64,000 nt of DNA, taken from contig OZ281500.1 in assembly GCA_965637545.1 (NCBI GenBank), forward strand, positions 7,192,001 through 7,256,000, written 5' to 3'. The notes under the pieces are model-generated. The model was not told the DNA's origin and did not search any database. It saw only the letters and a list, made by a program, of their open reading frames with translations. Source of the stretch: Phallusia mammillata. Lineage: Eukaryota. Shown here one piece after another: positions 61,801 to 64,000 of this stretch; position 1 is the first letter of the stretch; each line of letters opens with the position of its first letter. The position numbers were made by a program, and so were the translations under genes.

Positions 61801-64000
61801 ATTTACCTTACCAAGTAAGACTAAACTTCTTTTGCACAGTCGATTGAAAACAGTGGGAAGTCTGATGATCTGGCAGAACGAATCGAAAACTTAAACGAGC
61901 ATTTCACAGCAAGTATTTATAACAACGTGTGTCGTTCACTCTTCGAGAAGGATAAGTTGCTTTTCTCATTCGTTCTTACTGTTGCCCTCCAGAGCAGCAA
62001 GGGTGGGTTTTTTACTCACGACTTTGATTTAATGTTAAGACGGTTAAGCAGGAGAGCATTGTATAAGGATTTGTTCACTAAGTTTGTGATAATTAGGCGA
62101 TATCACACGAACGACTCCGTTTTATCAAGTGTTTTGACATTTTTGCTATCGTCAGAAAATAAAATGCAAAGAGATTTTATTTTGTTAACGCAATAGATCA
62201 TTATAAATCCATTGTCTTTTGTGACTTCACTACAAAATTTTTCACTACCAGGACTTTTTTATCTAAGTTTTTTGCAGTCATGGCCTTGTCATAGGCTTTA
62301 GCAAACAATCAAGTAAGCATGTAAAAATGTCACCAAATCACCTACGACATCATTCGCCTAATTGTCACGTTATTTCAGTCAAAAGGTCTATTAATACTGT
62401 AACTTTTTCAAATAGGCAAAGTAGACGATGAAGTGTGGCGCTTCTTCCTAACTGGTGGAGTGGCTCTTGATAATCCTCATCCCAATCCAGCTCCTGAGTG
62501 GTTCCAGGATAAGTCGTGGTCGGAAATTGTGCGTGCTTCCAACCTTAAAAACCTCAAAGGGCTGATGGATCACTTCAAGACGAACCCTAATAGCTGGAAA
62601 ACTGTATATGACTCTGCCAACCCCCATACTGACAAGTAAGAAACTTGGATTACTAAATTGCTTTATCCTCGGTCAAGCAGGATTGCGCTAGTTGCGTTTA
62701 GGTTAGTATGGTAAAAATACCAAGCTTGTCGTTAGGTCAGAAAAACTCTGGCTGCTCAAAAATATTAGAAAATTAAACACGTGATAAACCAAATTAGTTT
62801 GTATCACAGTGATATTTTTTTCTGTTGAAATTTGGTTTTAACATAATTAGTACAGTAGTAGTTAGCTCCCTACTGAACAAAGAAGGCTTAGGCTTTGTAT
62901 TTTTTATGCCCAGGTCGAACCTATGTTATTGATACATAAATAACGATTATAACAATAAAAGTACTTCGGCTTATTTCATCCTTAGGGCCTTAGAACACTA
63001 CACTAGCAGCTATAAATTTTTTCCTCGTCTTCATTGACCCAAATGGCATAATTTCTAATAGATTTCCGGACAAATGGAACACCCTGTCGGGTCTTGACCG
63101 CATGGTGGTGTTGCGGTGTTTGCGACCCGACAAAGTGGTGCCAGCAGTGCAGGATTTTATCGTGGACGAAATGGGCCGAGCCTTCATTGAACCTCCGACC
63201 TTTGACCTCGCAGGGTCGTACAGTGATTCAAGCTGTTGCACTCCGCTAATCTTCGTCCTATCACCCGGCGCTGATCCCATGGCCGGTAAGGTTGTTTTGC
63301 TTTAAAAATGGTTTTAAAACCCTGTTGCCCATTGCAGAGTATTTTGCTATGCTAAGTAGCTAGGTGCTGGGTATATCCTAATGCCCAACAGCCTTTCAAA
63401 CGTCTTGTTTAAGTCATTGTTTACTATAGTCCATTGCATATGTCTTCTTTATTATAGGCGTATCAATCAAACTTTCGGGCCCAAACGGGCTTTTCCAAAA
63501 CGATTCGGGTTCGGGTCGGGCTTCAGGCATATACTTACGGGTTCGAGCTCAAACTTCGGGTCCGTTTACAACTCTGGACTGACCTATAAATTTTTATGAA
63601 TAAGTTTTGACCGAATGCACTTCGTCATTTAGTCAAGCCGAAATAGATTTTGAGACTTTTGCTTGTATTTTTGTTTTTAGGCTTGTTGAAGTTTGCTGGA
63701 GACCGTGGATTCGGAGGAGATCGTATTGGAACCATTTCACTTGGACAGGGACAAGGACCGATTGCACAGAAAATGATAGATGATGCTACGTTGAAAGTAA
63801 GCATGCCACAAAGCACACGACACAACTAGTTCAATTTTAACGAAATAGTGTCTTGATAATATTTGACCACTTAAGCTTTAAGGCTTTATGTCAGCAATCT
63901 GTTGAAGATGCATTTTAATTATTTGTAGGGCACCTGGGTTGTGCTGCAGAACTGTCACTTGGCAACAAGCTGGATGGCAACACTGGAAAAGATTTGCGAG
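25827..64000 (+). CDS. DNAH3: Axonemal inner-arm dynein heavy chain, DNAH3 type; many exons, continues beyond window
   Basis: DNAH3-type N-terminus ([32 protein letters not shown]), DHC_N2/linker, P-loops AAA1 [11 protein letters not shown]2 [11 protein letters not shown]3 GPTGTGKS, AAA4 GIGGSGRK, stalk/MTBD ([19 protein letters not shown]), AAA5 and the start of AAA6 ([21 protein letters not shown]). Runs such as [28 protein letters not shown] match remembered DNAH3 better than DNAH7/12. Confidence 0.93.
35843..35989. repeat. 73-bp tandem duplication in the intron before exon A1
   Basis: Two near-identical copies of attttgtgttttaaaaaca...cttacccgaacacacttacaaacgctttgtttggaaaaataaata starting at 35843 and 35916. 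Confidence 0.9.
36185..36299 (+). CDS. DNAH3: DNAH3 alternative exon A1 (115 nt)
   Basis: AG/GT flanked, phase 2 to 0, encodes [38 protein letters not shown]; paralogous to A2. Confidence 0.85.
36704..36818 (+). CDS. DNAH3: DNAH3 alternative exon A2 (115 nt)
   Basis: AG/GT flanked, phase 2 to 0, encodes [38 protein letters not shown]. Confidence 0.9.
37421..37537 (+). CDS. DNAH3: DNAH3 alternative exon B1 (117 nt)
   Basis: AG/GT flanked, phase 0 to 0, encodes [39 protein letters not shown]; paralogous to B2. Confidence 0.85.
38090..38206 (+). CDS. DNAH3: DNAH3 alternative exon B2 (117 nt)
   Basis: AG/GT flanked, phase 0 to 0, encodes [39 protein letters not shown]. Confidence 0.9.
41120..41335 (-). 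mobile_element. tRNA-related SINE copy (boundaries approximate)
   Basis: Minus strand has A-box-like CAGCTTAGTTCATAG and B-box-like GGGTACGAGTCCC followed by GGCTAGATT; homologous to 43730-43935. Confidence 0.6.
43730..43935 (+). mobile_element. tRNA-related SINE copy (boundaries approximate)
   Basis: cgggttcgccactgtgcctgtgtag...gtcgtgggttcgaattccatcgcaggctagatt aligns with the reverse complement of 41120-41335. A smaller piece lies near 45585-45620. Confidence 0.6.
44996..45516. mobile_element. hAT (Charlie-like) MITE
   Basis: TIRs caggggtcaccaaact / agtttggtgacccctg; perfect 8-bp TSD atttagac (44988-44995, 45517-45524). Confidence 0.92.
45648..46116. mobile_element. hAT MITE
   Basis: TIRs caggggtgcacaacc / ggttgtgcacccctg; flanks share tggtaat (7 bp). 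Confidence 0.85.
46887..47199. mobile_element. hAT MITE
   Basis: TIRs cagagttgtaa / ttacaactctg; perfect 8-bp TSD cagtaccg (46879-46886, 47200-47207). Confidence 0.9.
52233..52576. mobile_element. hAT MITE inserted 8 nt into a DNAH3 intron
   Basis: Perfect 8-bp TSD gtgattag (52225-52232, 52577-52584), which is the splice donor itself; homologous to 16504-16857. Confidence 0.85.
53097..55595 (-). mobile_element. Decayed hAT transposon with transposase pseudogene
   Basis: Right end is the reverse complement of the left end of 7279-8293; flanks ctcgggag / ctcaaaag. Frameshifted minus-strand remnants: FLGVASH...[17 protein letters not shown] (second catalytic Asp), C*VHVLNIFV (CxxH), and h[44 protein letters not shown] once the nested insert is removed. 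Confidence 0.85.
53467..53680 (-). mobile_element. 5'-truncated RTE-clade LINE 3' end
   Basis: Encodes [26 protein letters not shown]...HPD*, resembling the RTE/BovB-type C-terminus, with a (TGAT)n tail and an 11-bp TSD aagcttacaaa (53456-53466, 53681-53691). Confidence 0.85.
58692..58869 (+). mobile_element. tRNA(Leu-like)-derived SINE
   Basis: A box TGGCCGAATGG, B box GGCTTCGAATCCC, A-rich tail, and a 20-bp direct repeat aatatatcaaaaattaataa (58672-58691, 58870-58889). Confidence 0.75.
59283..59570 (+). repeat. Perfect 144-bp tandem duplication spanning a DNAH3 exon 3' end and donor
   Basis: Identical copies start at 59283 and 59427; each contains atccagtgcaaattcg...gacaacg|gtgtgtac...tttaattcaa. 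Confidence 0.95.
63468..63576 (-). mobile_element. One-ended fragment of the 46887-47199 hAT MITE family
   Basis: Ends in gtttacaactctg (family TIR) with ttcgggttcggg repeats; other end not found. Confidence 0.6.

Overview
Intron-rich, AT-rich invertebrate animal DNA. Compact gene spacing and short introns look ascidian-like, but that taxonomy is inference. Protein-coding genes: a possible 3' end of an upstream gene (3-131), WASHC4 (+, 357-10409), IBTK (+, 10829-18793), UBOX5 (-, 18924-20636), a 9-exon secreted type-II PHB/PHA depolymerase homologue (-, 22459-24593), and axonemal dynein heavy chain DNAH3 (+, from 25827 past the window end). An RNase MRP RNA gene lies antisense inside a WASHC4 intron (5289-5554). 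Introns carry many hAT MITEs with 8-bp TSDs, a decayed hAT transposase with a nested RTE LINE fragment, Mutator- and Tc1/mariner-like MITEs and tRNA-derived SINEs. The most striking system is two adjacent pairs of equal-length, phase-matched duplicated exons (A1/A2, B1/B2) at the start of the DNAH3 linker. The divergent member of each pair is bracketed by complementary intronic sequence, consistent with RNA-structure-controlled mutually exclusive splicing of a ciliary motor. The intact, intron-containing bioplastic-depolymerase homologue is the other highlight. Gene names come from remembered sequence similarity; no database search was run.
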